This document shows, piece by piece, positions 12,778 to 27,154 of a DNA stretch of 64,000 bases (position 1 is its first letter; each line of letters starts with the position of its first letter). The stretch spans positions 50,530,001 to 50,594,000 of the forward strand of contig OX597819.1 in NCBI GenBank assembly GCA_951406725.2. Direction: 5' to 3'. The notes below the pieces were generated by a model. It saw only the letters and a list, made by a program, of their open reading frames with translations. It was not told where the DNA came from and did not search any database. The stretch comes from Octopus vulgaris. Lineage: Eukaryota. Made by a program: the position numbers and the translations under genes.

Positions 12778-13428
12778 TATATATACAGACACACACACAC
12801 ACAAATAAAGAACACACTAATGGCAACACACAGCTAATAACAGCTTTATACCGAATGCAACGCATAAAATGTACAACACACTTAACAATACGAATGAAAT
12901 GTATTGCGTCATAAGAACATAATAAACTACATACAAATGTTTAAACAAAGAAAATGGCTGCAAAGACGTTACGACGATGAAATTGATTATAATAAATGAC
13001 ATTTACAAAACTTTTTCAGCTTGCATATGCTAACCTACTATTAGCTACATAGCAACCAGCTTATTAACAACTTACTACATACATGTTTACACATTATATA
13101 ACATAATAAGAGAAAATATCTAAACAGCATTATTGCAACGTTTGTTTTTTTTGTGCTTGATTTGCACGATTCTTGATGTAAACTTCTCTGTTGAAATATA
13201 TTTCCCTGTATCTCAGGTGGGTCATTATGCCAATGATAAACACATTCACTGGTTCTATTTCACTTATTTTTTTTCGCATTTGCTAATTAGTTAACTGTTT
13301 AAGCAATTGACTAATCGATTCTTTGATTAATCGTTCAGTAAATCAGTTAGTGTTTCAAAGTCGTTTCGTTGCCATTTGTAATTCATTGATCTTAATATAA
13401 AGCCAGATAAATAAAAAAAAATCAAAAT

Positions 13429-13741
13429 TGGCATTCCGTCGGTTACGACGACGAACGTTCCAGTTGATTAGATCAATGGAACAGTCTGCCATGAAACTGA
13501 CGTGCAAGTGGCTGAGCACTCCTCAGACTCGCATACCCTTAACTCAGGGAAATTCAGTGTGACACAGAATGCGACAAGGCCGGCCTTTTGAATTACAGGT
13601 ACTACTCATTTTTGACAGCTGAGTGGACTGGAACAACGTGAAATAAAGTGTCTTACTCAATGGCACTATGCGCCGCCGGGAATAGAACTCACGATCGTAT
13701 GGTCGTGAGCCGAATACCCTAAGCATTAAGCCACGTACCAT
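13429..13741 (-). mobile_element. tRNA-derived SINE, family A
   Basis: Reverse complement is colinear with 7090-7417. Confidence 0.9.
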
Positions 13742-13797
13742 ATGAATGATCTCACACTGGATCGTGTTGTTGCTACTGTTATCATTTGTATCACTGA

Positions 13798-13960
13798 AAG
13801 GGATATAGTTGACAGGATTAGTAGAAGGATATAGTTGACAAGATTAGTAGAAGATTATAGAAGGATATAGTTGACAGGATTAGTAGAAGGATATAGAAGG
13901 ATATAGTTGACTGGATTAGTAGAAGGATATAGAAGGATATAGTTGAGAGGATTGGTAGAA
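13798..13960. repeat. Minisatellite, 26-bp unit AAGGATATAGTTGACAGGATTAGTAG with 10-bp sub-duplications
   Basis: About 5 copies read directly. Confidence 0.9.
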
Positions 13961-14172
13961 TATGTCTTGTGATATTAAATGACAGTATCATTACGTGCTC
14001 AGTTTATTATTACTATTGTTCTTTAGTTCCAGATCAGTTTTTGATTTAGTAGACCTTTGCGCCACAGTCCACCCACGGCTGTATTATGAAATACATATTT
14101 CTTTTCTAAAATGGTAGGATGGGATTTAAGGGAATTTAAACTGTTATTTCTTTTATTTTCCTCCTTAACTTT

Positions 14173-14208
14173 TCTTCCGATGAAGTACCAGCTTTCGAAA
14201 CGTCAAGA
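14173..14208 (+). other. Degenerate minimal type I hammerhead-like motif
   Basis: TCTT-CCGATGA-(13 nt)-GAAAC-GTC-AAGA. Stem I TCTT/AAGA and a GUC triplet are present; the core U is changed to C and stem II is decayed. Confidence 0.45.
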
Positions 14209-14968
14209 CTCCATTCTTTCTTTAATCGTTAATCAAATACGACACTTGTTACTTGTCTTTCTTGTCTTGTCACTCTCGTGTTTTCCTGCTACATTTAGCA
14301 TGTCAAGCGACCACAGAGAAGAAATTTGTTCATTGGCTCATTAGAATTATGCTGTTTTTGTCATTGAAATAGCAAAGTTGAAACCATAAAGCTCTTGGAG
14401 ATTTCGCTATGTGTTGAATTTGCTTGTTTTAGTGGCACCTAAAACATTGTTGCTGGTATAACTACAAGAGTTTTATTGTTCTTGTTGTTACTGTTATTGT
14501 TGTTGTCGTTGTTGTTGTTGCTGTTAATCCTTAATTTATTTTCAGTTTCGGTTTGTTAACCTAGTTTCTAGAGGAACTGAGATGAAGTAAGCTGTATATA
14601 ACATTCAATAAAAGCATGGAAGAGAGACAGAGAGATAGATAGATAGACAGATAGGAGAGAGAGACGGGAGAGAGAGAAAGGGAGAGAGAGGAAAAAGAGA
14701 GAGGAAAAGCGAGAGGAAAGAGGAGAGAGAAGGAAAGAGAAGGAGAGAGAGCGAGAAGAGAGAGCGAGAGAGAAGGAGAGAGTGAGAGATCGAGAAAGAA
14801 AAAAAAGGATACGAAAGCGAGGTTAAGAAAGTTCGATGGCATTACAAGAAGAGGAAGACAAACTAGAGAGATAGAAAAAAAAAAAAAGAAAAGAACTCGA
14901 AAAAACCCACAAATATATAAAAAAACACAAAAATACATGCAGCTACACAAATATACAAATACATACAA

Positions 14969-15069
<101 letters not shown>

Positions 15070-15748
15070 AATAATAATAATAATAATAACAATAATAATA
15101 ATAATAAATGAGTCAGAGGTTGGTTTGAGGATTCAATAAAGAAGCAAAATGGCTGAACAATAAAAACGAAAAAAAAACTACTGAAATGAAAGAAAACAAT
15201 AGTAAATGTAAAAAGAAAGAAAAAAAAATGAAATGAAGGAAAACAGTAAATGACAAAAGTGTATAAAAGTATAGATAAAAAAAAATCAAGCTAAATAATA
15301 ATAAAAGGAAAACAATAAAATAAATAATGAAAAATACATAGAAAAACAAAAGAAAAACATTAAAAAAATTTTGAAGAAGATTTGCAATATAGCCCTAACT
15401 TTTAAGCCAATAGCGGAAGGAATATAGTGATGAGGGGAGGTAAATGTGCAAGTCGAACTGGCAGTTGCATCAAAGACTAAAAAAGAGCAATAAAAAAGCA
15501 ATGAAAAAAAAAACGAAAGAAAGCCCGAAAGAATAAATAAATAAGTTAAAAATGAAAAGAAATAAAACAGAAGTTCTTGCTTCTTGTAATCCAACTTAAA
15601 ATGCCCAGAGATATCAAAATGTCACGATGGTTAACAATCCGATCACATATTGCCTAGCAACAGCTCCCCAATCACTGAACTGTTAGATATGGCTGCGTAT
15701 ATATATACCATGCACATATATATACTATATATACCCATGCAAGTATGT

Positions 15749-15792
<44 letters not shown>

Positions 15793-16100
15793 TATATATA
15801 TATACATTTATATATATATATATACATTATATATATATATATATATATATATACATACATACATATATATAGTATGCATGTAAGTATATACATATATATG
15901 TAAGTATATTATATATATGCATATATATTTGTGTGTATGAATGTTTATATATATATATAAACAAATATGTATACGGGCGTGTGTGTATAACTGTTTATAT
16001 ATGGGTAAACACATGTGTACATGCGCATACGAAATGTGTACATACATTTATATATATACACTCACACATATATACATAGAGAGTGAGAGAATGGTAATAT

Positions 16101-16145
<45 letters not shown>

Positions 16146-16214
16146 AAAATTTACTTTTTCATTCATAGTTCACGTGTTATAGGTATTAGGCATATGCATA
16201 TATTCACATTATAC

Positions 16215-16248
<34 letters not shown>

Positions 16249-16871
16249 ATGTATGTATACATAATACATACATAGGCTTTATTTACATATGTAGCTTTAG
16301 TTGTATATTCATTGTGTGTGTGTATGTGTGTGTCCGTGTGTGTGTCCGTGTGTGTGAGCATTATCTTAATCTTAAGATTAAAAAAACATTCCTACAAAAG
16401 GGACTCAATATACATCTGTGTAGCGTTTGATATTCTATTTGTCTAAGAAGCATCCAAGATTTGTACAAACATTTCAAATCTATTAGATGTTAATCTATTG
16501 GCTTCAAAACGTTGGTACCACCGTTGGCCGCTTCTGTATAAATATATATTATCTACTCATACTCATACACAAACACACACATATATATACATATATATAT
16601 ATACACAAACACATACACACGTAGTAACATACATACATACATAGACACACACACACGTAGTGACAAATATATACATACACGCGTAGTAGCGAATACATAC
16701 GTACACACACACATGCGTAATAACAGTTGTATAGGTACGTGCACGCACACACACAAATGTGGTGGTATTGGATATCCGTCGTGTAATAAAGAGTGTTCAG
16801 TTGCTTGTTCAACTGAATTCTCTGCTATCGACTTAAAGTGTAAATGGCTGAGTATTTCGAAGACACGTAAC

Positions 16872-16985
16872 CAGCGCCGGATTAACCATTAAGCAAAATG
16901 AACACGCGCTTAGGACATCAAGAGGAAGGGGAACCACAGAGATTGTAAATGGCTTACGGTACAAATATAATCGTTTTAAACGAAT
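16872..16985 (+). mobile_element. Left-end fragment of the hAT element seen at 47854-48279
   Basis: CAGCGCCGGATTAACCATTAAGCAAAAT... is colinear with the first 120 bp or so of 47854. Confidence 0.75.
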
Positions 16986-16991
16986 ATGATT

Positions 16992-17053
16992 CTCCCTGGG
17001 AGAAATCGAACCCCGATCTCCCGCATGGATACTTACCACTATACTACCGATCA
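16992..17053 (-). pseudogene. tRNA-Asp(GTC)-derived pseudogene lacking the anticodon arm
   Basis: Reverse complement TCGGTAGTATAGTGGTAAGTATCC[deletion]ATGCGGGAGATCGGGGTTCGATTTCTCCCAGGGAG versus metazoan tRNA-Asp TCGTTAGTATAGTGGTGAGTATCCCCGCCTGTCACGCGGGAGACCGGGGTTCGATTCCCCGACGGGGAG. Confidence 0.75.
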
Positions 17054-17539
17054 TACATTAAGTAGATATATTTGTAACAAACTGATTAAAATACAACCAA
17101 ACCCACTCACACAATGTTTGCACCATTCTTCAATAAATTTAAACCTGTTTTGAACCCAATATAACGGAAAGAGCAGAGTGTCAAAAGTTATATATGTATC
17201 AATTCGCTAACTTCCTTAGCTGCAGTCACGTTATTTAAAGAGCGCGTTTGAGGAACCATGAAATTTACATCTTGACTGTCGCCGGCAGTTTCCGTCGTAA
17301 GATTTCCGTAACTCGATTAGCATAATTCTAATGAGAACCGTTCTTCTTTGGTCGTTTCTTCATTTTGGCTTCTCTCTATTCTCAAAACAGTTTTTTTCTT
17401 TCTTTCTTTTTTTTAATTCTCTAAAGTCCTACTATGTAACCGCTCTGTCTTATTTATAGGGAATTACATATAAGATATGTTTTAGTTTTTTTCTTTTTCT
17501 TTCCATCCATCCATCCATCCATCCATCTCTCTTTTTCCT

Positions 17540-17613
<74 letters not shown>

Positions 17614-17704
17614 AGACAGTCTGTATATCTGTCTGTCTGTCTGTCTCTGTCTCTATCTTTGTCCTTTCTTTCCTTTTTCTTTTCTTTCTGTCTTTCTTTT
17701 TCTA

Positions 17705-17884
<180 letters not shown>

Positions 17885-18254
17885 GTTATTTTTTTCTGTC
17901 TGTCTGTCTCTTTCTCTCTCTCGCAGCACAATATCTACGATCAAGCACACACATCTGTCCTATCATTTCTTTATCTTTTTCTCAACCTTATCGGCTTGGC
18001 TTTCTGCACAAATAACTTGTACAAAACAGCATGGCTTTAAAACGAAGAGAAATGAGAATACGAGATGTACAAGCCTTTCTCAAAGTTAAGACAAAATAAC
18101 ACCTGCCACAAAGTGCTTTCTTCTTTATATCTCGTATAGCCTCTTTTATTGTCTCCTTCGTCTCTCCTTCTCTTTCTTCTTTGCCTTCTCCCCTACCTCT
18201 TCTTTACCTTCTCTTTTCATTTTTTATCTCTTTCTTTCCAACTCATTCCTTAAA

Positions 18255-18300
<46 letters not shown>

Positions 18301-18787
18301 TTTTACTTGTTTCAATTACTAGACTGTGGCTATGCTGTGGCACCTATGAATTTTTAGCCGAATGAATCAACCTCAGGAGTTATTTTCAAGAATGGTACTT
18401 ATTCTACTCGCTCCTTTTCTCGAACCACTAAGTTACAGGGATGTAAACACACCAACATCGGTTGTCAAGCGGTGGTAGGCGGTGGGGACAAATACGGACA
18501 GAAAGAACACTCACGTAGATACACACACACACACACTCATATTTATATTTGACGGGCTTATATATCTGTGTGTGTGTGTGTCTGTGTATACGTCAGGGTT
18601 ATATATATATACGACGGGTTTCTTTCAGTTTCTGTCTACCAAATCCACTCACAAGTGTTGGTCGGCTCGAGGTTATAGTAGAAAACACTTGCACAAGGTA
18701 CCACGCAGTGGGACTGAAGACAGAACCATGTCGCCTGTGGTCAGGAAGCAAGCTTTTTACTATTTTTTTTATCACACAGCCGTGCTT
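18301..18787 (-). mobile_element. SINE family D (tRNA-like head, CORE-like block, internal microsatellite)
   Basis: Colinear with 25318-25719, 37333-37738 and 44853-45357. Confidence 0.85.
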
Positions 18788-19006
18788 ATATAGATTAAAA
18801 AAGATAATGAAAAAGTAAACCACTTTAGAAACCACCTCATTTTTCAGTTGCAGTCCAGACTGTAGTTCTAGTGGTATACCAAATTGAGTGTTCATAGTAC
18901 AGAGAGACAGAGAGCGGGGGATGAAAATTAGCTAAATGAAATAACTCAGATTGGCCAATGGCATGTAAGTGAACGGAACTCATGAATAAACTGAATATCA
19001 AATACC

Positions 19007-19239
19007 TATTGCTTTACTACCCACAAGGGGCTAAACACAGAGGGGACAAACAAAGACAGACAAACGGATTAAACCGATTATATCGACCCCAGTGCGTAAC
19101 TGGTACTTAATTTATCGACGACGAAAGGTTGAAAGGCAAAGTCGACTTCGGTGGAATTTGAACTCAGAACGTAATGGCAGACGAAATACGGCTACGCATT
19201 TCGCCCGGCCTGCTAACGTTTCTGCCAGCTCACCGCCAT
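19007..19239 (-). mobile_element. SINE family B (tail a), complete, with 20-bp TSD
   Basis: TAAACTGAATATCAAATACC at 18987-19006 and 19240-19259. Head GGCGGTGAGCTGGCAGAAACGTTAGC, B box GAGTTCAAATTCC. Confidence 0.92.
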
Positions 19240-19728
19240 TAAACTGAATATCAAATACCATTAAAGATGAATTCATCATTTATTGAAATTACCCCCGCTT
19301 CCAGGTGTTCCTATTATTTGTTGTTTACATATGAAAACGGTAGTTCTTATATGTAAGCCCAAACATGTTAAATGATATAGATCTATACACTTTGATGGCA
19401 AAACGGAACCATTTTCAAATGTGAGGAAAAAATAATGACTAGAGTCAACAGGTCCCGAAAATTGATAAGCTGTTAAGGTAACGATAGCCTGATTGTCTGG
19501 TCTTGAGAGGAAGGCTGCAAACACGTGTTTCTGCCACCAGAGACGTCATCAGCACACCACTTAGATTTTCTTCAACGTAACGTAGAACAGAAATTCACCC
19601 TCTCACACATATAACGTTCCGATCATTCTGTGTTTATATTTCGTAAGTATGGGGTTTAAAACCTTTTTAAAACTTACTCATATACAAGCATACAAGCACG
19701 AACACTCAGCATTACAATACATACGCAC

Positions 19729-19809
<81 letters not shown>

Positions 19810-20165
19810 TATTCATATGTAGGAGTATATACATATACATTTGAATATGTGTGTTTGCGTGTGTTTGTGCTTATACACATACACGCAAATATATATTTAC
19901 ATGTATATAAAATATATATTCATATGTATGCATGCATATATACATACGCACGTATAAGTATGGATGCAAAAATATAAATGCATATATTCATACATATGCA
20001 TACGCATACATACATACATACATACATTCATTCATACACATACATACATATATATATATATTTATATATATATATTTATATATATATATCTATATATATA
20101 TATATATAGATGTATATATATATATATATATATATATACAGATGTGTATATATATATATATAGAG

Positions 20166-20205
<40 letters not shown>

Positions 20206-20283
20206 ATGTATGTATATATGTATATATATGTGCATATATAAATGGATAAAATTTGTTATGTTTATAGTTATACCATATGTTAC

Positions 20284-20333
<50 letters not shown>

Positions 20334-20604
20334 ATATATATACATATATATGTGTGTGTGCGTATATATATATATGTGTGTATGTATGTATGTATGTATG
20401 TATGTATGTATGTATGTATGTATGTATGTACACAGCTGTGGATATATACACAGAATTATAGGGTTATGTGTGTTTATGACTGCATGCTTGTATATAAATA
20501 AGTTTTAAAAGAGTTCTTAATCTCGTGCTTAAGGAAAAGCTTCGAACGTTAACGCAAACAAGCTTACGTACCAGGGCAAACACACGCACACACACACACA
20601 ACTA

Positions 20605-20675
<71 letters not shown>

Positions 20676-21596
20676 CACACACAAACAAACCTTACTCACA
20701 CACACACATAGAGATAACCCCACAGGCCCACGCATCACACATCCATGTATGCAAACATGAGCGCAACTCTATACACACACGTATATCCGTGGACATTTTT
20801 ACACACTCGTTCACATATCTTCACACAGTTAGATATATCTTCGCGTACACCCTTCTCCACAAAAGAGACATACTTACATACACACATACATACACACATA
20901 CATACTGACATACATACATTCAGAGAAACCGAGATACGCGTAAGTACATTTGCATACACATAGCTATAGCCAATGCACACAATGTACGCGGCCATCTTGA
21001 AGTCAAACAGACAACCGTCCGTACTGTCTTAGTTAAATATAAGACAATACTATTAATCATACACTATGGTCAAAGTGAATTACATAAACGGGAATCATAT
21101 TCTCGAACATCTTGCTGGAATAGCCATCCCAACAGCCTCACGTTGTGTAAACAGACCAGGTTCACATGGATTTTCGCGAACAATGCATAGACACGTTCAG
21201 ATTTACTCACACATATGTTAAACTATATATGAGAAGAAGGACCTCCCACTCTCTCGTTCTCTCTCTCTCACTCTCTTTCGCTCTCTCCCTTACTCTCTCT
21301 TTGGGGGAGTAGAAGAAGCGAAGAAAAAAAAGGTGGGGTAGGAGTAGAGTAAATAAAACAGCTGAAGATGTAGACAGATAAACACACATATTTATTTTAT
21401 TAAGGAGACATGTCTTTTTTTCCATAGTAAACACAACGAGCCTGTAGTCGATCGTTGGCGGTGCTCTCCGTGTGTATGCCTTTTGTGTATTGTTGTGGTT
21501 GTTTGTTTTTTTGGGGGGGGGGATGGGGCTTGATGGCGTAGGTTTGTATGTGAGTTTGCGTATTCGCGGGCGTATATTTGTGTTTGTGTCTGTCTG

Positions 21597-21683
<87 letters not shown>

Positions 21684-21684
21684 G

Positions 21685-21724
<40 letters not shown>

Positions 21725-21758
21725 GCTAGCTAGCTAGCTAGCTATCTCTCTCTCTCTC

Positions 21759-21811
<53 letters not shown>

Positions 21812-21856
21812 TATTTACATATGTATGTGTATATATTTATATACAGTATATGTATA

Positions 21857-21906
<50 letters not shown>

Positions 21907-23959
21907 CATACACACAAGCGTACACACACACATATAAGTATGTTTACATATGGGTATATATGTATGCCTCTGTGTGTAAATGTGCCTTTGTGTTTGGGCG
22001 TTTGTATATACGTATGTGCAGGGCTAATGCAGAAATGATGTTGGGTAGAACGATGTGATAAGACTGTTAAATATAGTGTTGTTATGTGATACGATATAAT
22101 AAGATGTAATATGACGTGATAAATGGTGTGTGTAGAGCGGTATGATGTGTTTTACGTGTATCTGATACCAAATTATCCAATTTGTTTCTCAGGTATCATT
22201 TTAAGAAGTTAGTTTATGATTTAAGGGAAATTCAGTTTCTATTTCTAGTAGACTAGGCGACTACATGTAGACTCTCTTTTTGGGGAGATCCTCTACAAAG
22301 CCGTGTGGTGCATCGTTGAGCGACGCAAAGCGGTACTGTGCTGTCAGGTTGCCTTCGTGTTATTTAGATCATGATAGGGTGTATGGCGGCGTGATACGTA
22401 TTTTGTGGTGTATTCGTATAGCATAGAGCAACACTGACGGAAAGGACAATAAACCAAGATGTTTCACCAATGATCATTCCAGCCTTTTAATATTATTGGA
22501 GTTAATTCAAACAAAATTTGGATGCCCAGTATAAAAGTATTTACTATATGATGTAAATACAGTGTAATAAAACATAGCTGGGGCGGGGTGTAGTCTGGTT
22601 TAATGTTGATTACTAGGAAGGTATGCTCTCTGATCCTACGCTGCCGTTCAACATACTTAAATTAAGCTTCTACATTTCTCGCAATATCTCTTGCTTATCG
22701 CCTTGAAAATGGGAACCACATGCAACAGAATATATTAAAAAATTAAGCGAAATATTAAAAACACGGTATATAATAGTAGCTATTAAGTGTAGGTAAATAT
22801 GTACTTCGGCAGACAATGAAAATGTCTACAAAGTGACAACACATCGTCTGCTCAAATATTTCGACTTCGTGTTCCTTCTGTTAATCCGTCTAAGAGTCGT
22901 ATACCTGAGGCACCTTAGAAACATATGGTGACATTGCAAAGATCTGACTGAACAAAAGATATGATATCAGTTTGACGAAAGAACTGTTCTTATTAAATGA
23001 TCAAGAGCAGTGATCCATACATTCGAAGTTCATGTCCGCTCAGGTCAGCTTTGCCTTTTATCCAATCCTTCGAGTGAGACAAAATAAGTCCCCTTGAAGT
23101 ACTGGGGTCGATCCAATATTCCTGTAAAGCATCCGGGTTCCATATGGAATTGTAGTAGTAGTAGTAGTGGTGATGGTGGTGGTGGTGGTGGTGGTGGTAG
23201 TTGTAATAGAGTATAGTAGTAGTTGTTGTAGAAGGAGGAGGAGGAGGAGGAGAAGAAGGATGAGAAGAAGGACGAGGAGGAGAAGAAGGAGGGGGAGAAT
23301 GGAGGAGGAGAAGGAGAGGAGAATAAGAATAAGAATAAAGAAGAAGAAGAAGAAGAAGAAGAAGAAGAAGAAGAAGAAGAAGAAGAAGAAGAAGAAGAAG
23401 AAGAAGAAGAAGAAGAAGAAGAAGACTAAGTGCAGGAGAACGATTTTAAAGAGGGACATGAGGGACAAATGATCATTTATTACATGAACGTTTCCAGAAA
23501 GGCAAAATGGCTACGGTTATAAAGAGAACGTATATTCTTAGTTTGTGTATATTAAAAAAAAAGTAGTGGTGGCGATCAAGCAGAGGGCAGACATATTGTG
23601 GAACAGTGGTTCGATGCATGAGTAAGCAATAATGTGCAGGGACACGTATAATCCTATCAGTCGTACTCAAGAACGTCTGTCTCATTTGTCAAAAGCCGAT
23701 ACCAATTGACTGAGAGCAGTTCTTTACACTTAAGAAGACAAACAAAGACGGCCAAACAAACAAATACCACAGACAGCAAAAAAAAAAAAAAAAACGATAA
23801 GAAATGGGAGAAAAAAATATATATAAAAATAGGGAAACAATAAAAAACGACTCGAAGGAAATAGAGATTGAAATTGAAGATATAAAGTAAAATGTCAAAA
23901 TAAATAATAAAAATAGAAGAGAACTTGAAATAAAACAACAAAAAAACAACGAAAATACA

Positions 23960-24710
23960 AAGGAGCTAGGCGAACTTTCTGGAGAAGTCCATGGAATTAG
24001 CCGCCATTTGTCTATCATGTCCCACTTTAATCTCGTTCTTATTCACATCGCTGTAATCACAGATCAAATATTTGGCTCGCGACTCTTGATCACGTGATAA
24101 GAACAGCGCTGTCGTCAGAGCAAATATTGACCTACCGACATATCTTTCATTCTGCCAGGCTGTCTTCAGCGTGTTTACCAGTCGGCAAATCACTTTCAAA
24201 TTGAATTCTATCCCACTTGACAAATTTATCTATCTGATTATTTCCTTTATCGTTAACCGAATCGAGAGATTTTTCTGCGGTAGTGAGAAAATGGCTACCA
24301 CTGCCTCTTACTGACCTAAATGCTCCCCTTCGACTCCTCTTCCTCCTCTAATTCTATATCGGTGCATTGTATTGCACATGCTCGCTCCTCTAACTCTTTC
24401 TATTTCTACATCTCACTCTCTTTCTCTCTCATTCTAAATTTCTCTCTCATTCTAAATTTCTCTTTCTTTCCTCCTCCTCCTCCTCCTCCTCCTCCTCCTC
24501 CTCCTCCTCCACCTCCTCCTCCTCCTCCTCCTCCTCCTCCCCCCTCCTCCTCCTCCCCACTCTCTCTCCCACTTACTTTGTGTGTTTCGTTCACGTGAAG
24601 AGATGAGAAGCCGACAAGGCGACCACATTATGTTCTATATTACAAGGAGAAACGACGGTCGCCATTTGCTCTAACAAAAGCATTGCTGCTGTTGCCGGAA
24701 TTCACTGGTA
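23960..24710. promoter_or_regulatory. Candidate cis-regulatory island
   Basis: Unique, CpG-containing sequence with palindromic E-boxes ATCACGTGAT (24089-24098) and TTCACGTGAA (24590-24599), YY1-type GCCAT(TT) motifs at about 24000, 24288 (minus) and 24660, and TCGCGA at 24077. Motif evidence only. Confidence 0.3.
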
Positions 24711-24720
24711 GGTTAATGTG

Positions 24721-24754
<34 letters not shown>

Positions 24755-25317
24755 TGTATGTATGTATGTATGTATGCATGCATGTATGAATGTATGAATG
24801 AATGTATGTATGTATGTATGTATGTAGGTATGTATGTCTGAATGTATGTATGTATGCATGTATGTATGTCTGAATGTATGCATGTATGTAGGTCTGAATG
24901 TATGTATGTATGTATATGTGTATGTATATATATGTATAAATGTTTGCATGTATGTATGCATGTATGCATCTATGCATAGATGTAGGTATGTATATATTTA
25001 TGTATGCATTTATGTATGTGTGTATGTATGTATGCATGCATGTATGTATGTATCTATGAATGCATGCATGCGTGTATGCATGTATGCATGTATGTATGTA
25101 TGCATGGATACATGTATGTATGCATGCGTGCATACATGTATATATGTATTTATGTATTCATGTATATATATATATATATGTATGCATGTATGTATGTATA
25201 TATGTATAAATATATGTATGTTTCTTTGTAGGTAAGTATGCATAAATGGATATCTAAATGCATGTCTACATGTGTGTGAATAAACCTGTTTCCATGCATA
25301 TACGTATTCTTTTTATT

Positions 25318-25719
25318 ATTTCGTTTCGGTCATTTGACTGCGGCCATGCTGGAGCACCGAATTTAGTCGAGCAAATCGACCCCAGGACTTATTCTTTGTA
25401 AGCCTAGTACTTATTCTATCGGTCCCTTTTCCAAACTGCTAAGTTACGAGGACGTAAACACACCAGCGTCGGTTGTGGGGGGGGGGGACAAACACAGTCA
25501 CACAAACACACACACACACACACATACACACACATGCATATATATATATATATACGATGGGCTTCTTTCAGTTTCCATCTACCACATCTACTCACAAGGC
25601 TTTGGTCGGCCCGAAGCTATAGAAAGAAGACACTCGCCCAAGGTACCACGCAGTAGGACTGAACCTGGAACCATCTGGTTGGTTAGCAAGCTACTTACCA
25701 CACTGCCACTCCTGCGCCT
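25318..25719 (-). mobile_element. SINE family D, near complete
   Basis: Reverse-complement head AGGCGCAGGAGTGGCAGTGTGGTAAGTAGC...GGTTCAGTCC, ACCTTGGGCGAGTGTCTT block, tail GCTCCAGCATGGCCGCAGTCAAATGAC. Confidence 0.9.
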
Positions 25720-26179
25720 ATATATCCATTTATATGTGTGTGTGTATGTATGTGTGCGTGCGTGTGTGTGTGTGTATCTATATGTGTGTGTTATGAATGG
25801 ATTATTGTATGAATGTGTATGCGCATATATCTACTTAATTAAAAGCGAGTATTTATGTTTGTTGTGTGTATATAAAACATACTAAACGACTGATATTATT
25901 ATTACTGATATTTATAGTCAAGCTAAAACATGAAGTTCGTTATTGTTAACCGTTTTACTAGAAACAGCAGCCAAATCTCACTCAGATCACGTCGGAAAGT
26001 TTTTGATAAAGATATGTTGAATAATGTCACCCTTGATTCCCCTGCAAGCGAGAGAAAGACAGACGGTCACTGTTGGACTGGTTTTTATTATGAGTCATAT
26101 CAATAGAAGTTGACTTCGGTATACACAACCACAAAAACAACAACAGCAACAACAACACGAACAACAAAAGAGTAATGGA

Positions 26180-26201
26180 AATAATAATAATAATAATAAT
26201 G

Positions 26202-26254
<53 letters not shown>

Positions 26255-26255
26255 T

Positions 26256-26317
<62 letters not shown>

Positions 26318-26319
26318 TA

Positions 26320-26375
<56 letters not shown>

Positions 26376-26397
26376 CATTATTATTATTATTATTACT
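26180..26397. repeat. (AAT)n directly abutting (ATT)n, forming an inverted microsatellite
   Basis: The strand switch is at about 26318. Confidence 0.95.
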
Positions 26398-27154
26398 ATT
26401 TACGTTTTGCATTCCAAATCCAGTCGGGGTCAACTTTACGTTTCATCTTTTTGGTGTCGATACAAACTGCCAACGCTGAGGAGGAGTTTCGACAGTGTTA
26501 CGCCAACTAACTAATTGCTTCGCGTATAATGGCGTTTAACTGAAACACGCGTCAGTTCGTTTAAGCCCCAAATACCATTCAGCAGAATCACTAGATCGCC
26601 GAAGAAAAATGCATATTGGTATTATTCATCGGGTTCTTCATGTTCTGAGTTCAAATACCACGGAGGTCAAATTTGCCATTCATCATTTTCGGATCCATAA
26701 AATAAAGTTCTAGCCACTACTGAGTTTAATGTGATCCCTTATCCCTTAAAATTATTCCATAATTACATCCATACATCCATACATGCATACAGCCATACAT
26801 ACATGCATACATGCATACATGCATATATACATACATACATACATACATTCATATATTCATACATGCATATATACGTGCATACATACATGCATCCATACAT
26901 GCATACATCCATCCATAAATCTATACATGCAAGCATCCATACGTCCATACATGCATGCATACATCCATACATACGCATACATACATTCATACATCCATAC
27001 ATCCATACATACATACGTGCATACATACACACATACATGTATGCATCCATCCATGCATACATTCATCCATGCATGCATACGTACATACATACATAGGCAC
27101 AGACAGACAGACACACACACATACACGCATACATATTTATATACCGTTTAACAT

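Noticed and set aside
23966-24223. 85-aa complex ORF on the minus strand
   Set aside because: Non-ATG start, no recognisable domain, and a length expected by chance. The region is treated as a candidate regulatory island instead.
24361-24380. GTGCATTGTATTGCA resembling miR-33
   Set aside because: It has a deletion and a divergent 3' end relative to the mature miRNA, and no complementary arm for a precursor hairpin.
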